A DNA stretch of 64,000 nucleotides. Origin: Flavobacteriaceae bacterium (GTDB lineage Bacteria > Bacteroidota > Bacteroidia > Flavobacteriales > Flavobacteriaceae). The notes below the pieces were generated by a model. It ran no database searches and was not told the DNA's origin. It was given only the letters and a program-made list of their open reading frames with translations. Shown here piece by piece: positions 1 through 10,235 of this stretch. Location of the stretch: NCBI GenBank assembly GCA_034111625.1, contig JAWUWX010000007.1, forward strand, positions 25,360 to 89,359, written 5' to 3'. The translations under genes and the position numbers were made by a program. Each line of letters starts with the position of its first letter. Position 1 is the first letter of the stretch.

Positions 1-351
1 TTTGATCCTAGAGCAAAAATCATTAAGGTTGCAGCTGAAGAGGTTTTAAATGATCTTGGAGTTGAAGACCCAATACTTGATATTGCTAGAGGATTAGCGA
101 AAGAAGCACTTGCAGATGAATATTTCGTGTCAAGAAAACTATATCCAAATGTAGATTTTTATTCTGGAATTATTTATCGAGCAATGGGAATACCTACAGA
201 AATGTTTACAGTAATGTTTGCATTAGGAAGGCTTCCTGGATGGATTGCACAATGGAAAGAAATGCGCTTGCGTAAAGAACCAATTGGAAGACCAAGACAG
301 ATTTACATCGGTGAGAATTTAAGGCCGTTTAAGTCAATCGATAACAGATAA
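1..351 (+). CDS. gltA: citrate synthase, C-terminal part (5' end outside window)
   Basis: Frame 1 open from base 1 (FDPRAKIIK...). Contains citrate synthase motifs [23 protein letters not shown] and RPRQIY. Confidence 0.95.
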   Translation, partial: FDPRAKIIKVAAEEVLNDLGVEDPILDIARGLAKEALADEYFVSRKLYPNVDFYSGIIYRAMGIPTEMFTVMFALGRLPGWIAQWKEMRLRKEPIGRPRQIYIGENLRPFKSIDNR

Positions 352-420
352 AGAAAATTAAATACCAATATCGTCATTTTAAGAATTTCATTTTTTTTAT
401 GATGTTTTATTTTACCCTCA

Positions 421-1335
421 ATGTTAAAGTTAAATATTAAAAACGAAACAGCTCGTTTAAAGTCTGTCGTTTTAGGAACTGCAATTAGTAATGGTCCTAT
501 ACCTAAAGTTGAAGATTGCTATGATCCTAAATCAATAGAACACGTAGCAGCAGGAACTTATCCCAAAGTTGAGGATATGGTTCTTGAAATGCAATTTGTT
601 GCGGACGTTTTCGAGAAATATGACGTTCAAGTTTTTAGACCTAAACATATTGATGACTATAATCAGATTTTTTCAAGAGATATTGGATTTGTAATTGAAG
701 ATAAATTTATCAAGGCTAATATTCTCCCAGACCGAGATCGCGAAATTGAAGCAATACAATTTGTTATTGATCAGATTGATCCAGAAAAGGTAGTAACCTT
801 ACCTGAAGAAGCACATGTTGAAGGAGGAGATGTGATGCCTTGGAATGATTATATTTTTGTAGGTACATATTCAGGAGAAGATTATCCTGATTATATTACT
901 GCACGTACCAATACTGACGCTGTAATTGCTTTACAAGAATTGTTTCCTGAGAAAATGGTAAAATCTTTTGAGTTACGTAAATCAAATACAGACGCAAAAA
1001 ATAACGCATTGCATTTAGATTGCTGTTTTCAACCTATCGGAACAGACAAGGCTATTATTCATAAAAATGGATTTTTAATAGAGAAGGAATATCAGTTTTT
1101 GATCGATTTATTTGGGGAAGAAAATATATTTGAAATTACCAAAGATGAGATGTACTCGATGAATTCTAATATTTTTTCAATTTCTCCAGAAGTTATTATT
1201 TCAGAAAAAAATTTCACTAGATTAAATACTTGGTTAAAAAATCAAGGCTTTACTGTTGAAGAAGTTCCTTATGCTGAGATTTCTAAACAAGAAGGTCTGT
1301 TACGATGCAGTACGTTGCCATTAATTCGTGAGTAG
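421..1335 (+). CDS. amidinotransferase / dimethylarginine dimethylaminohydrolase-like (pentein superfamily) protein
   Basis: NQIFSRD, EGGDV, LHLDC and C-terminal EGLLRCSTLPL motifs. Confidence 0.85.
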   Translation: MLKLNIKNETARLKSVVLGTAISNGPIPKVEDCYDPKSIEHVAAGTYPKVEDMVLEMQFVADVFEKYDVQVFRPKHIDDYNQIFSRDIGFVIEDKFIKANILPDRDREIEAIQFVIDQIDPEKVVTLPEEAHVEGGDVMPWNDYIFVGTYSGEDYPDYITARTNTDAVIALQELFPEKMVKSFELRKSNTDAKNNALHLDCCFQPIGTDKAIIHKNGFLIEKEYQFLIDLFGEENIFEITKDEMYSMNSNIFSISPEVIISEKNFTRLNTWLKNQGFTVEEVPYAEISKQEGLLRCSTLPLIRE

Positions 1336-1411
1336 AAACCTTGTAATTATTTCATTTTATATATCGTCAATATTTATAAAAGTTATAATTTTGCCTCAAA
1401 TAAAATAGAAG

Positions 1412-2347
1412 ATGCAACAAGTCACCAATACTATCTTAATGATTCGTCCTGTAAGTTTTAGGATGAACGAGCAAACTGCCGTAAACAACTATTACCAAAA
1501 AGTTTTAGACAATTTATTACCTGCAACAGTACAAGCAAAAGCACTAGAGGAGTTTGATAGGTTTGTAGATAAATTAAGAAATGTTGGGGTTAATGTTGTT
1601 GTTATAGATGATACTAAAATACCTGACACTCCAGATTCTATTTTCCCAAACAATTGGATTTCTTTTCACCAAGAAGGTAGTGTAGCATTATATCCTATGT
1701 TTGCAGAAAATAGGAGGGCAGAGAGAAGAGATGATGTACTAGAAATATTAGAAGAGAAAGAATTTTTAATTAAAGATGTTGTTGATTATACTTCTGCAGA
1801 ATCAGAAAAATTATTTCTTGAAGGGACGGGAAGTTTATTATTGGATCGTGTAAATATGAAAGCGTATTGTGCTCTTTCTCCACGTGCTGATGAAGATTTG
1901 GTTTTAGAATTCTGTGAAGATTTCGAATATACACCTGTTTTATTCACTGCCAACCAAACTGTGAATGGTGAACGAAAAGCAATTTACCATACGAATGTAA
2001 TGATGTGCTTAGCAGAAAATCTTGCTATTGTTTGTTTGAATTCAATAGACGATAAAAAAGAGAGAAAACAATTTATAAAACATCTTAAAGAAGATGGGAA
2101 AGAGGTTATCGCAATTTCTGAAGATCAAGTGAGTAATTTCGCAGGAAATATGTTGCAAGTTATAGGTACTGATGAAAAACGCTATTTAGTAATGTCTACT
2201 GCTGCTCATCAATCTTTAACGGATGTTCAAGTTACATTAATTGAACGTCACTGTGAGATTCTATCTAGTTCATTGGATACAATTGAAGCATGTGGAGGAG
2301 GAAGTGCACGTTGTATGATGGCAGAAGTTTTTTTACCTAAAGTATAG
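1412..2347 (+). CDS. ctlX: citrulline utilization hydrolase CtlX (amidinotransferase family)
   Basis: TPDSIFPNNW, LEGTGS, IYHTNVMM and GGGSARCMMAE motifs. Confidence 0.85.
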   Translation: MQQVTNTILMIRPVSFRMNEQTAVNNYYQKVLDNLLPATVQAKALEEFDRFVDKLRNVGVNVVVIDDTKIPDTPDSIFPNNWISFHQEGSVALYPMFAENRRAERRDDVLEILEEKEFLIKDVVDYTSAESEKLFLEGTGSLLLDRVNMKAYCALSPRADEDLVLEFCEDFEYTPVLFTANQTVNGERKAIYHTNVMMCLAENLAIVCLNSIDDKKERKQFIKHLKEDGKEVIAISEDQVSNFAGNMLQVIGTDEKRYLVMSTAAHQSLTDVQVTLIERHCEILSSSLDTIEACGGGSARCMMAEVFLPKV

Positions 2348-2384
2348 AAGCGATTTTTATAAGAATTTTTGGCTGTTGGCCTAC

Positions 2385-2426
2385 AAAAAAAAGCAGTAAC
2401 GCCTAAACAACATAAGGCGTTACTGC
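2385..2426 (-). terminator. intrinsic terminator
   Basis: Stem GCAGTAACGCCT / AGGCGTTACTGC preceded by an A-run (U-tail on the minus strand). Confidence 0.8.
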
Positions 2427-2541
2427 ATAATAAGGTTGTTAGTTAATTTCAGAACAATTATTTAAGAGAATCATGTTCTTAAAACTGTGATATCTCACAA
2501 CCTTAACAATTTAAACAACCATTTCATCACATTACGGTTAG

Positions 2542-3258
2542 TTAATGTTTTGAAATACTTCCACCTGAAGATTTTGATTTATTTACAACTTCAGGACTAC
2601 CATAATAATCAATATCACCACCACTACTAGCTTCAGCGTTTAATTCTTGACTGGCATATACATTAATATTTGCACCACTTGAAACATTAGCAGTTGCAAT
2701 TTTTGAATTTAATTCATCAGCATCTATATGGCTTCCGCTACTTGCATCACCTCGAAATTCATCACTAGAACCACTCAATTCAATATTTGCTCCACTTGAT
2801 GCAGAAGCAGTAACTTCTGAGACATTAAGATCTAATAAAATATGACTTCCACTAGATGAATCCAGAGACAGCGTTTTTGTCTTAAAAACACCATCATTTT
2901 TAACATGTGCTCCACTTGTAGTTCTTATGCTATTTAATTTTTCAACAGTTAAATAGATATTTCTTGTTGCTCGATTTACATTTTTTTCAAAGTATATTTT
3001 TAAGATATCACCATCAATTTCAGTGATTAATAAATCGATAATGTTTTCATCTGCTTCAACAGTAAGTTTTGTTTCATTTCCTTGAGAAATGCGTACTTGT
3101 ATTCCTTGGCTTACTTTAATTCCACTGAAATTTGATGAAATATTTCTATCATCAGAAACTACATTTCCGTTTCCTTGAATCCCAAATCCGTTAAAGAAAC
3201 AGGATGTCGTCATTACTAATAAAAATAATAGTGTTGTAATTTTTGTTACTCGTTTCAT
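2542..3258 (-). CDS. DUF2807 / GIN-domain lipoprotein
   Basis: Lipobox TTSC, repeated ASSG(A/S)xI beta-helix motifs, IDYYGSP near the C-terminus. Confidence 0.85.
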   Translation of the reverse strand: MKRVTKITTLLFLLVMTTSCFFNGFGIQGNGNVVSDDRNISSNFSGIKVSQGIQVRISQGNETKLTVEADENIIDLLITEIDGDILKIYFEKNVNRATRNIYLTVEKLNSIRTTSGAHVKNDGVFKTKTLSLDSSSGSHILLDLNVSEVTASASSGANIELSGSSDEFRGDASSGSHIDADELNSKIATANVSSGANINVYASQELNAEASSGGDIDYYGSPEVVNKSKSSGGSISKH

Positions 3259-3346
3259 AGTTATAAGTTTAGATTGCTAAATTCTTAATAATTTAGTCAG
3301 TGTTAAAAATTTTATAGACCAATTGTCTTTTTTATGTGCTGAACTG

Positions 3347-5077
3347 TTATTTAATAGTTAAACCGTTACCATCAATCTTAATCTCTACGTCACCATCTTC
3401 AGATTTGGCTTTAAAATTTAGTCCATCTTCATTGATTTTAAGATTTACATTATCGGTGTCTATATCAATTTTTTTTGAACCTTCACAATCAAGACAATCC
3501 AATTCATTTTCTCCCATCACGTAATAATGATTTACCATACTCTTATCATAAATATCTTGTACATTATCTACATCATATAAAGAGTTACGAGTAGACTTGT
3601 CAAGAAATAAATGATATCCTTCAGGTAAATATAGAATTACATCAACCTCTTGATCGATAAAACTTTTAGAGTATCCATTTAAGAAATAGTTGTTTAAAAC
3701 TAATTTATCTTCATTCAATTTAAATTGATATTCTAATTTACCAGCATTTTCATTTGCATTACTTGAATTAGGACCTCTCGCTTCTTTTCTTATTTTTATA
3801 TAAGCTGAATTCGTGTCACTTTTTCTTATGTCTAAATCAACATCTGAAGAGAAAACCTTTTTAGCACCTCCTATAGTTATATATTTTAATCGATTTCTGT
3901 TTCTATATGAATACTTAAAATCTTTGTAATCTTTATTACCAACCATAGATACTCTCAAAGTATCTGCAGGACTAATTTTTAAATCCTCCGTTGTCGCACT
4001 ATAGCCGTTATATTTATATCGATTCAACATATCAACACCCGAAAATACCAATCCTAAAATTGAGATAATCCAGATAGCTAATAAAGTAAGTTTAGTTACT
4101 TTACTAAATGATTTCGTATTGTTTGATAATATTTTTAAGCCAAGCATAAACAATATTATAAAAGGGATTGCTATTGCGAAAAAACCTAATATTAGAATCA
4201 ACCAATACGGTAAGTATGTATGTAGTGTGTTAAATGGTAAATCAAATACTCCAGGACCAAATCCTAATACACCAAAACTTCCAGCAGTAAATGCACTGAC
4301 GATTAATGAAAATACTACGATTGCAGAAATGAAGATTATTAATGCTCCGATAAACTTCACAAACACTTTCAATAATACGAGTATGATCTTTCCTAATGAA
4401 TCTAGAAATTCTTGCAATCCAGATTTTGCTATTCCTTTATAATCTGAATTTGAAATTTTCCTTGACAATTCTTTAGATCCATCTTTTATTCGTTCTGAAA
4501 CCATACCAACTTCATCACGAATTTTTTTTTCAATGTTACTAATGTTTACAGCTTCACCTTCCATTTCAAGTTTTTCAGCCGTAGAATCTGCACTGGGAAG
4601 CAAAATCCACAATAAAGCATATATTAGAAATCCAAATCCAGTACCAAAAGCAAGTACAAGCCATATAATTCTTGACCATATTGGTTCAATTCCGATATAG
4701 TGAGCTGTTCCTGCTGCAACACCACCTAAAAACTTATCTTCGGTATCTCTATAAAGTTTTTTAGAGTTTTTACTTTTACGAGTATGTGGTTGTTCAGTAA
4801 ATAGTTCTTCATCAATATTATAGTCTTCAGGTTGCCCCATCACAACTATAACATCTTCAATATTAGATTCACTGATTACTTGGCGCTCATCGACAATTTT
4901 ATCTGAAAGTAATTCGCTTATACGAGATTCAATGTCTTTGATGATTTCATCTCTTCCTTGAGGATCATCACTCAGTGATTTACGAATAGCTTCTAAGTAT
5001 TTTTTTAGTTTTTGATATGCTATTTCATCGATATGAAAAAAGATACCGCCGAGATTAATGTTTATTGTTTTGTTCAT
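3347..5077 (-). CDS. PspC domain-containing membrane protein
   Basis: MNKTININLGG N-terminus, KLYRDTEDKFLGGVAAG PspC motif, several TM segments. Confidence 0.9.
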   Translation of the reverse strand: MNKTININLGGIFFHIDEIAYQKLKKYLEAIRKSLSDDPQGRDEIIKDIESRISELLSDKIVDERQVISESNIEDVIVVMGQPEDYNIDEELFTEQPHTRKSKNSKKLYRDTEDKFLGGVAAGTAHYIGIEPIWSRIIWLVLAFGTGFGFLIYALLWILLPSADSTAEKLEMEGEAVNISNIEKKIRDEVGMVSERIKDGSKELSRKISNSDYKGIAKSGLQEFLDSLGKIILVLLKVFVKFIGALIIFISAIVVFSLIVSAFTAGSFGVLGFGPGVFDLPFNTLHTYLPYWLILILGFFAIAIPFIILFMLGLKILSNNTKSFSKVTKLTLLAIWIISILGLVFSGVDMLNRYKYNGYSATTEDLKISPADTLRVSMVGNKDYKDFKYSYRNRNRLKYITIGGAKKVFSSDVDLDIRKSDTNSAYIKIRKEARGPNSSNANENAGKLEYQFKLNEDKLVLNNYFLNGYSKSFIDQEVDVILYLPEGYHLFLDKSTRNSLYDVDNVQDIYDKSMVNHYYVMGENELDCLDCEGSKKIDIDTDNVNLKINEDGLNFKAKSEDGDVEIKIDGNGLTIK

Positions 5078-5415
5078 TTTTCAGTTGATTTTATAGTAGT
5101 TACCAGGTTTACGGCTTCTGATAAGTCGCTCCAAGTTGTCGTTAGTTCTTTTAAAAATAATTTTCCAGTTTCAGTCAATCCATAATATTTTCTTGGAGGT
5201 CCTGAAGAGGATTCTTCCCATCGATAGTTTAGTAATCCTGCGTTTTTTAATCTTGTAAGTAAAGGGTAAACAGTCCCTTCAACCACAAGCAACTTTGCAT
5301 CCTTTAAATGTGATAGTATTTCAGAAGTATACGCATCTCCATGTTGTAATATAGAGAGGATGCAGAATTCTAAAACCCCTTTTCGCATTTGTGCTTTTGT
5401 ATTTTCAATCTTCAT
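5074..5415 (-). CDS. PadR family transcriptional regulator
   Basis: QMRKGVLE, EGTVYPLLTRL and GPPRKYY motifs; stop overlaps the start of the PspC gene. Confidence 0.92.
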   Translation of the reverse strand: MKIENTKAQMRKGVLEFCILSILQHGDAYTSEILSHLKDAKLLVVEGTVYPLLTRLKNAGLLNYRWEESSSGPPRKYYGLTETGKLFLKELTTTWSDLSEAVNLVTTIKSTEK

Positions 5416-5463
5416 ATTGAATTGTATTATTTATGATGCCTTGATTTAACTTAGCATTCGTTA

Positions 5464-5895
5464 TTACTTGACAAATTTTATCGTTAATGGATATTTATAT
5501 TCTTCGCCATGATTTGCTTTTATTGCTGCTAATAGAATCAAGATAAATCTTATGATTGCTACTATTCCTATCAATGATAAACTTCCAAACAACCCAAAAG
5601 CATTTGGAAAATCAAAAAAGAATTCATTGTGACTTCGATCAAGATTACTTAATCCATTAAATATTGACCCAAATACAAATGGTATTATGGTCAATCCTAA
5701 AATGAATGTATACAACAAGAAACTTAAATTAAAGTTTACAGCTTCTTTACCATGTTCATCAAAAAAAGCACTTTCATCTTTTTTTACTTGCCAAAAAATC
5801 AATGGAGCAATTACGCCTCCAAGTGGAAAGAAATATCCTGCAAAAGCAGAAATGTGAATTAAAAAAGCATTACTATTATCTTTAGTTGTTTCCAT
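5464..5895 (-). CDS. DUF4870 domain membrane protein
   Basis: PLIFW, HGKEAVNFNLS and C-terminal GEEYKYPLTIKF motifs. Confidence 0.85.
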   Translation of the reverse strand: METTKDNSNAFLIHISAFAGYFFPLGGVIAPLIFWQVKKDESAFFDEHGKEAVNFNLSFLLYTFILGLTIIPFVFGSIFNGLSNLDRSHNEFFFDFPNAFGLFGSLSLIGIVAIIRFILILLAAIKANHGEEYKYPLTIKFVK

Positions 5896-5917
5896 ATAAA
5901 TGTTATATCAATTAGTT

Positions 5918-5966
5918 TACTATGCAAAGATATGAATAAAAAAAGGTACTATGCAATACTAAGTAC
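5918..5966 (-). promoter_or_regulatory. promoter (TATCTTTG) plus candidate PadR operator GTACT-N11-AGTAC
   Basis: Bacteroidota -7 box on the minus strand at 5925-5932; inverted repeat 5946-5966; TACTATGCAA occurs twice. Confidence 0.55.
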
Positions 5967-6138
5967 TATATTTTAACATTTATTTAACATTTTAATTGTA
6001 TAAAAAATCTTTATTATGCATGGTATTCGTAGAGTAGTAAGCAGAGAGAGGAATAATAATTGACTAAAAATTATTATTAGGAAATTCACTTAAACTAAAA
6101 AAAACAGTAACTTGTGGTCAAATAATTACTCAAAAAAA

Positions 6139-6594
6139 ATGAAATTCACTCCCAGTAAAGTCAATATGTTTTTATTAGCCAAGCTTCCATCGGCATATCT
6201 TTCAGGTGTAAGAATGAAATCTATCACGGAAGATAAGACAGTTGTCACGGTCAGGCATAGATGGATCAATCAGAACCCATTTAAATCAATATATTGGGCA
6301 GTTCAAGGAATGGCTTCTGAATTAACAACAGGAATGCTTGTGATGAAACAAATTGCTGATAGTGGAAAAAAAATATCTATGTTGGTAACCCATCAATCAG
6401 GAACTTTTACTAAAAAAGCTCGTGGAAAAATAACTTTTACTTGTAATGATGGTCCTAAAATAAAGCAGGCTATAGATAAAACAATAGCTACTGGTGAAGG
6501 TGAAACAATAACTTTAATTTCTGAAGGAGTTGATGAAGGTGGAGACAATGTTTCAAGATTTGAATACGAATGGAGTGTAAAAGCTAAAAAATAA
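6139..6594 (+). CDS. DUF4442 hotdog-fold thioesterase-like protein
   Basis: NQNPFKSIYWA and FTKKARGKITFTC motifs. ATG at 6139 preferred over TTG at 6112. Confidence 0.8.
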   Translation: MKFTPSKVNMFLLAKLPSAYLSGVRMKSITEDKTVVTVRHRWINQNPFKSIYWAVQGMASELTTGMLVMKQIADSGKKISMLVTHQSGTFTKKARGKITFTCNDGPKIKQAIDKTIATGEGETITLISEGVDEGGDNVSRFEYEWSVKAKK

Positions 6595-6598
6595 GACT

Positions 6599-7399
6599 AT
6601 GAATGCACATGAAATTGATTACGAAATATTTGGAGAAGAAATGCAATATGTAGAGGTTGAACTCGATCCACAAGAAGGAGTAGTTGCAGAGTCAGGTAGT
6701 TTTATGATGATGGATACTGGCATTAAAATGAATACAATATTCGGAGATGGTTCTGGCCAATCACAAGGAATTCTTGGAAAAATATTTTCCGCTGGGAAAA
6801 GGATATTAACTGGCGAGAGTCTTTTTATGACAGTTTTTCACAATGAAGGACAAGGAAAAAAGAAAATATCATTTGCTTCTCCATATCCAGGAAAAATTAT
6901 TCCGATAGATTTAACTCAATATGGCGGAAAGTTTATTTGTCAAAAAGATGCATTTCTTTGTGCGGCTAAAGGAGTTTCTATTGGAGTTGAATTTTCTAAG
7001 AAACTGGGAAGAGGACTGTTTGGAGGAGAAGGGTTTATTATGCAGAAATTGGAAGGTGATGGATTGTCTTTTTTGCATGTTGGAGGAACCGTCGCGAGAA
7101 GGGAATTGAAAAGAGGTGAAATCATTAAGATAGATACTGGGTGTTTGGTTGGGTTTACGAAGGAAATAAAATACGATGTAGAATTTGTAGGGGGAATTAA
7201 AAATACAATTTTCGGTGGAGAAGGTCTCTTTTTCGCTACACTAGAAGGTCCAGGAGTTGCCTATGTGCAATCGCTACCATTCAGCAGATTGGCCGGAAGA
7301 ATAATTGCTTCATTACCAAGGCAAGGAGGAAAGAGTAAAGGAGAAGGTAGTATTCTAGGTGGAATAGGAAATATTCTTGATGGAGATAATCGTTTTTAG
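6599..7399 (+). CDS. TIGR00266 / AIM24 family protein
   Basis: GESLF, CQKDAFL, FGGEGF and QSLPFSRLA motifs. Confidence 0.9.
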   Translation: MNAHEIDYEIFGEEMQYVEVELDPQEGVVAESGSFMMMDTGIKMNTIFGDGSGQSQGILGKIFSAGKRILTGESLFMTVFHNEGQGKKKISFASPYPGKIIPIDLTQYGGKFICQKDAFLCAAKGVSIGVEFSKKLGRGLFGGEGFIMQKLEGDGLSFLHVGGTVARRELKRGEIIKIDTGCLVGFTKEIKYDVEFVGGIKNTIFGGEGLFFATLEGPGVAYVQSLPFSRLAGRIIASLPRQGGKSKGEGSILGGIGNILDGDNRF

Positions 7400-7458
7400 T
7401 CGCAAGGCGACAGCCAATTTTTAGATTTTATTTTGTCGAAATAATAGATTCAATGAAA

Positions 7459-8160
7459 TCACTCCTCATTTTCTTTAATATTCTTGATGAAGTTTTCTAA
7501 TTTCTGACCATAAATAGATTTTTTCACTTTATTAGAAAGAGAATTATTTACAGTATCAAGCAAAGAAATATTTGCGTCAAATAATTCTGTAAGCGCTAGA
7601 TAAGGAGCCACTTCACTTTTTCCATTATTAACAGAAAAGTTGGTTGTATATAAATATCTCTTTTTAATTAATCTCTGTAAATCTTTGTCAATTTTTTCGA
7701 TTAATTCATTGTCTTTAGTTTGTTGAGCGTCAAACGATTCCTTGAAAAGGTCTAAGCGTTTATTATTAAATTTTCCAATCATCTCATTGTATTCATTCAA
7801 TAAATCATTAGATTTTGAACCATTAATTTCAGCAGAATCATAAAACTTTTCCAATTTGGTATTGATTGTAATAGTTCCTTTCTCTCCAAAAAAGCCAATC
7901 TTCTCTTCTTCTTTTTCTAGTAAGGTTAAAAAATAGAACTGAGGTTCTGTATTTTGATCTACAAGTGTAAAAGTGTTTTTACCAATCAATCTAACCGAGT
8001 CAATTGATACAAGCAATGTGTCTTGCATTTTCTGTAGATACAATGTCCCTTTTTGAAGCCCAATAATTGTTCCTTCAACAATCATATCTCCTTTTTTAGA
8101 AGTACAAGAGAAAAGAGTTACAGTTAAAAGTAAGGCTATACATATATTTTTGTTCATCAC
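7459..8160 (-). CDS. DUF4369 domain lipoprotein
   Basis: Lipobox LFSC; GLQKGTLYLQK and EVAPYLALTE motifs. Confidence 0.8.
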   Translation of the reverse strand: MMNKNICIALLLTVTLFSCTSKKGDMIVEGTIIGLQKGTLYLQKMQDTLLVSIDSVRLIGKNTFTLVDQNTEPQFYFLTLLEKEEEKIGFFGEKGTITINTKLEKFYDSAEINGSKSNDLLNEYNEMIGKFNNKRLDLFKESFDAQQTKDNELIEKIDKDLQRLIKKRYLYTTNFSVNNGKSEVAPYLALTELFDANISLLDTVNNSLSNKVKKSIYGQKLENFIKNIKENEE

Positions 8161-8208
8161 GACTTGGATTAAAAAATTAAGATTGCAAATATCAACTTTT
8201 AAAATTAA

Positions 8209-9516
8209 TTATGGAGATACAATACGCATTAATTCAGCACAGAAAATAGCACCTAAAGTCCCTACAGCATATCCAAACACGGCAAGTAAAACTCCTACAG
8301 TTGCGAGTGAAGGATGAAATGCAGACGCAACAATTGGTGCAGAAGCTGCTCCACCAACATTTGCCTGACTTCCGACTGCAAGGAAGAAATAAGGAGCTCT
8401 TATCAATTTAGCAACAACGATTAATAAGATAGCGTGAATCAACATCCATACTACTCCAATAGCCACAAGACCTAAATTGTCAAAAATCATTGTTAAATCC
8501 ATTTTCATTCCAATAGAAACAACGAGAATATAAATGAAAACAGTACCTAATTTACTTGCGCCAGCACCTTCGTAATCTCTGGCTTTAGAAAATGATAAAA
8601 TGATTGCTATAACGGTTGAGATACTAATCATCCAAAAGAATGAAGAGCCTAGAAAAGTTAACGAATTTCTTAATGTTTCATTCTCCATTCCGCCAACTAA
8701 GTCTTTAAAAAAAGGACTTAAATTACCAGCGCAAAAATGTGCAAATCCTACCGTAAAGAATGCAATAGCACCCATTATCATATAGTCTGTTAAGGTTGGA
8801 TTTCGGTCTACATCCGTACTAAACTTTGATACTTTTTCTTTCAATGCTTCAATTGCTGATGTATCGGCTTTTAGCCATTTATTTATGCGATCTTTTTTTC
8901 CAATTCCTATTAATAATAATGCCATCCAAATATTTGCAACAACAATATCTACAAATACCATTCCTCCATATAATTTTTGATCATATCCATAAACTTCCAG
9001 CATTGCAGTCTGATTTGCTCCTCCACCAATCCAACTTCCAGCCAGCGTTGACAACCCTCTCCATACTGCACTAGGACCTGCGCCTCCAACAGTTTCAGGC
9101 GATACCATAGAAATTAATAAAATTGCAATAGGACCTCCAATTATAATTCCTATGGTACCTGTTAAAAACATAATTAAAGCTTTTGGTCCTAAATTAAAAA
9201 CAGCTTTTAAGTCAAGGCTCAATGTCATTAAGACCAATGCTGCAGGTAATAGATATCTACTTGCTACATAATAAAGATTTGATTTATGACTTTCGACTTC
9301 ACCTAATTTATTAGTAGTTTCCCATTCTGGTGAAATGAGTCCAATTGTTGTCAAAACTGCAGGAAGCATATATGCCATAAATAAAGCAGGAACAATTTTA
9401 TAAAACTTTGCCCAAAAACCATCCTTAATTGAAGAGGTGTAGAAAATAACACCAAGACATAGCATTAAGAGTCCAAAAACAATAGTATCATTTGTAAAAA
9501 AAGGTGTAGTATCCAT
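8209..9516 (-). CDS. DUF819 family membrane protein
   Basis: GSWIGGGANQ and GSQANVGGAASAP motifs; many TM helices. Confidence 0.9.
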   Translation of the reverse strand: MDTTPFFTNDTIVFGLLMLCLGVIFYTSSIKDGFWAKFYKIVPALFMAYMLPAVLTTIGLISPEWETTNKLGEVESHKSNLYYVASRYLLPAALVLMTLSLDLKAVFNLGPKALIMFLTGTIGIIIGGPIAILLISMVSPETVGGAGPSAVWRGLSTLAGSWIGGGANQTAMLEVYGYDQKLYGGMVFVDIVVANIWMALLLIGIGKKDRINKWLKADTSAIEALKEKVSKFSTDVDRNPTLTDYMIMGAIAFFTVGFAHFCAGNLSPFFKDLVGGMENETLRNSLTFLGSSFFWMISISTVIAIILSFSKARDYEGAGASKLGTVFIYILVVSIGMKMDLTMIFDNLGLVAIGVVWMLIHAILLIVVAKLIRAPYFFLAVGSQANVGGAASAPIVASAFHPSLATVGVLLAVFGYAVGTLGAIFCAELMRIVSP

Positions 9517-9576
9517 TATGAAAAATTTGATTTCAGCTAATATAACAATATAACTTAAAAAAGAAAGAGGATAATT

Positions 9577-9744
9577 TTACTTATCCTCTTTCTTTTTTGG
9601 TTCGCGCTTGGTGTCTTTTAGGCATTTATTTAGCATCCATTCCAATTGACCATTGGTGGATCTAAACTCGTCTGCAGCCCATCTCTCAACTGCTTTAAGC
9701 ATATCTTCGTTTATTCTTAATGCAAACGCTTTTTTCTTTGCCAT
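9577..9744 (-). CDS. Arc/ribbon-helix-helix DNA-binding protein (55 aa)
   Basis: MAKKKAFALRI...WAADEFRSTNGQLEWML; ATG at 9744 preferred. Confidence 0.85.
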   Translation of the reverse strand: MAKKKAFALRINEDMLKAVERWAADEFRSTNGQLEWMLNKCLKDTKREPKKKEDK

Positions 9745-9760
9745 ACTATTTAATAATAAA

Positions 9761-9937
9761 TCATTTTTTTTTAGAATTGTCCTTGGTTTCTTTTGCATTT
9801 AATGCCGCTCCAAATGCAATTCCAATTGCTGTGCCAACTGCAATTCCAATGCCAACGTTTCCAAGTGATGTTCCTACCGCAATTCCAACACCAATTCCAA
9901 GAGCTATACCTAAGCCCATTTTATTTCCCTTCATCAT
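9761..9937 (-). CDS. glycine-zipper membrane microprotein (58 aa, not in ORF track)
   Basis: Own translation: MMKGNKMGLGIALGIGVGIAVGTSLGNVGIGIAVGTAIGIAFGAALNAKETKDNSKKK. Start overlaps the upstream stop (ATGA). Confidence 0.8.
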   Translation of the reverse strand: MMKGNKMGLGIALGIGVGIAVGTSLGNVGIGIAVGTAIGIAFGAALNAKETKDNSKKK

Positions 9938-10119
9938 TTATTGTCTTTTTTTTTGCAGCTCTTTTTATTATATAGTAGGTTTAATGCAGTTCCTATTGCA
10001 ACTCCAGCACCACTTCCAATTGAAAATCCAATTGCAAAATTATCGAGTGCGATACCTAAGGAAATCGTTAAAGCAGTACCTACCGCAACTCCATAGATTA
10101 ATCCAAAATTAGTTTTCAT
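9934..10119 (-). CDS. glycine-zipper membrane microprotein (61 aa)
   Basis: GxxxGxxxG hydrophobic hairpin with Lys-rich tail; similar to the downstream ORF. Confidence 0.75.
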   Translation of the reverse strand: MKTNFGLIYGVAVGTALTISLGIALDNFAIGFSIGSGAGVAIGTALNLLYNKKSCKKKDNK

Positions 10120-10235
10120 TTAATGGAATTTTATAAGTTTCTAAAACTATTCTAATACACAGTTCTTTTGAATTCTTATTCATAAGCTCTTTCCATTTTT
10201 TAAACCGCTATGCTTCTATAAATACGCTCATTAGT

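Noticed and set aside
9720-10112. 130-aa plus-strand ORF with PIAIP-like repeats
   Set aside because: Antisense shadow of the two glycine-zipper genes.
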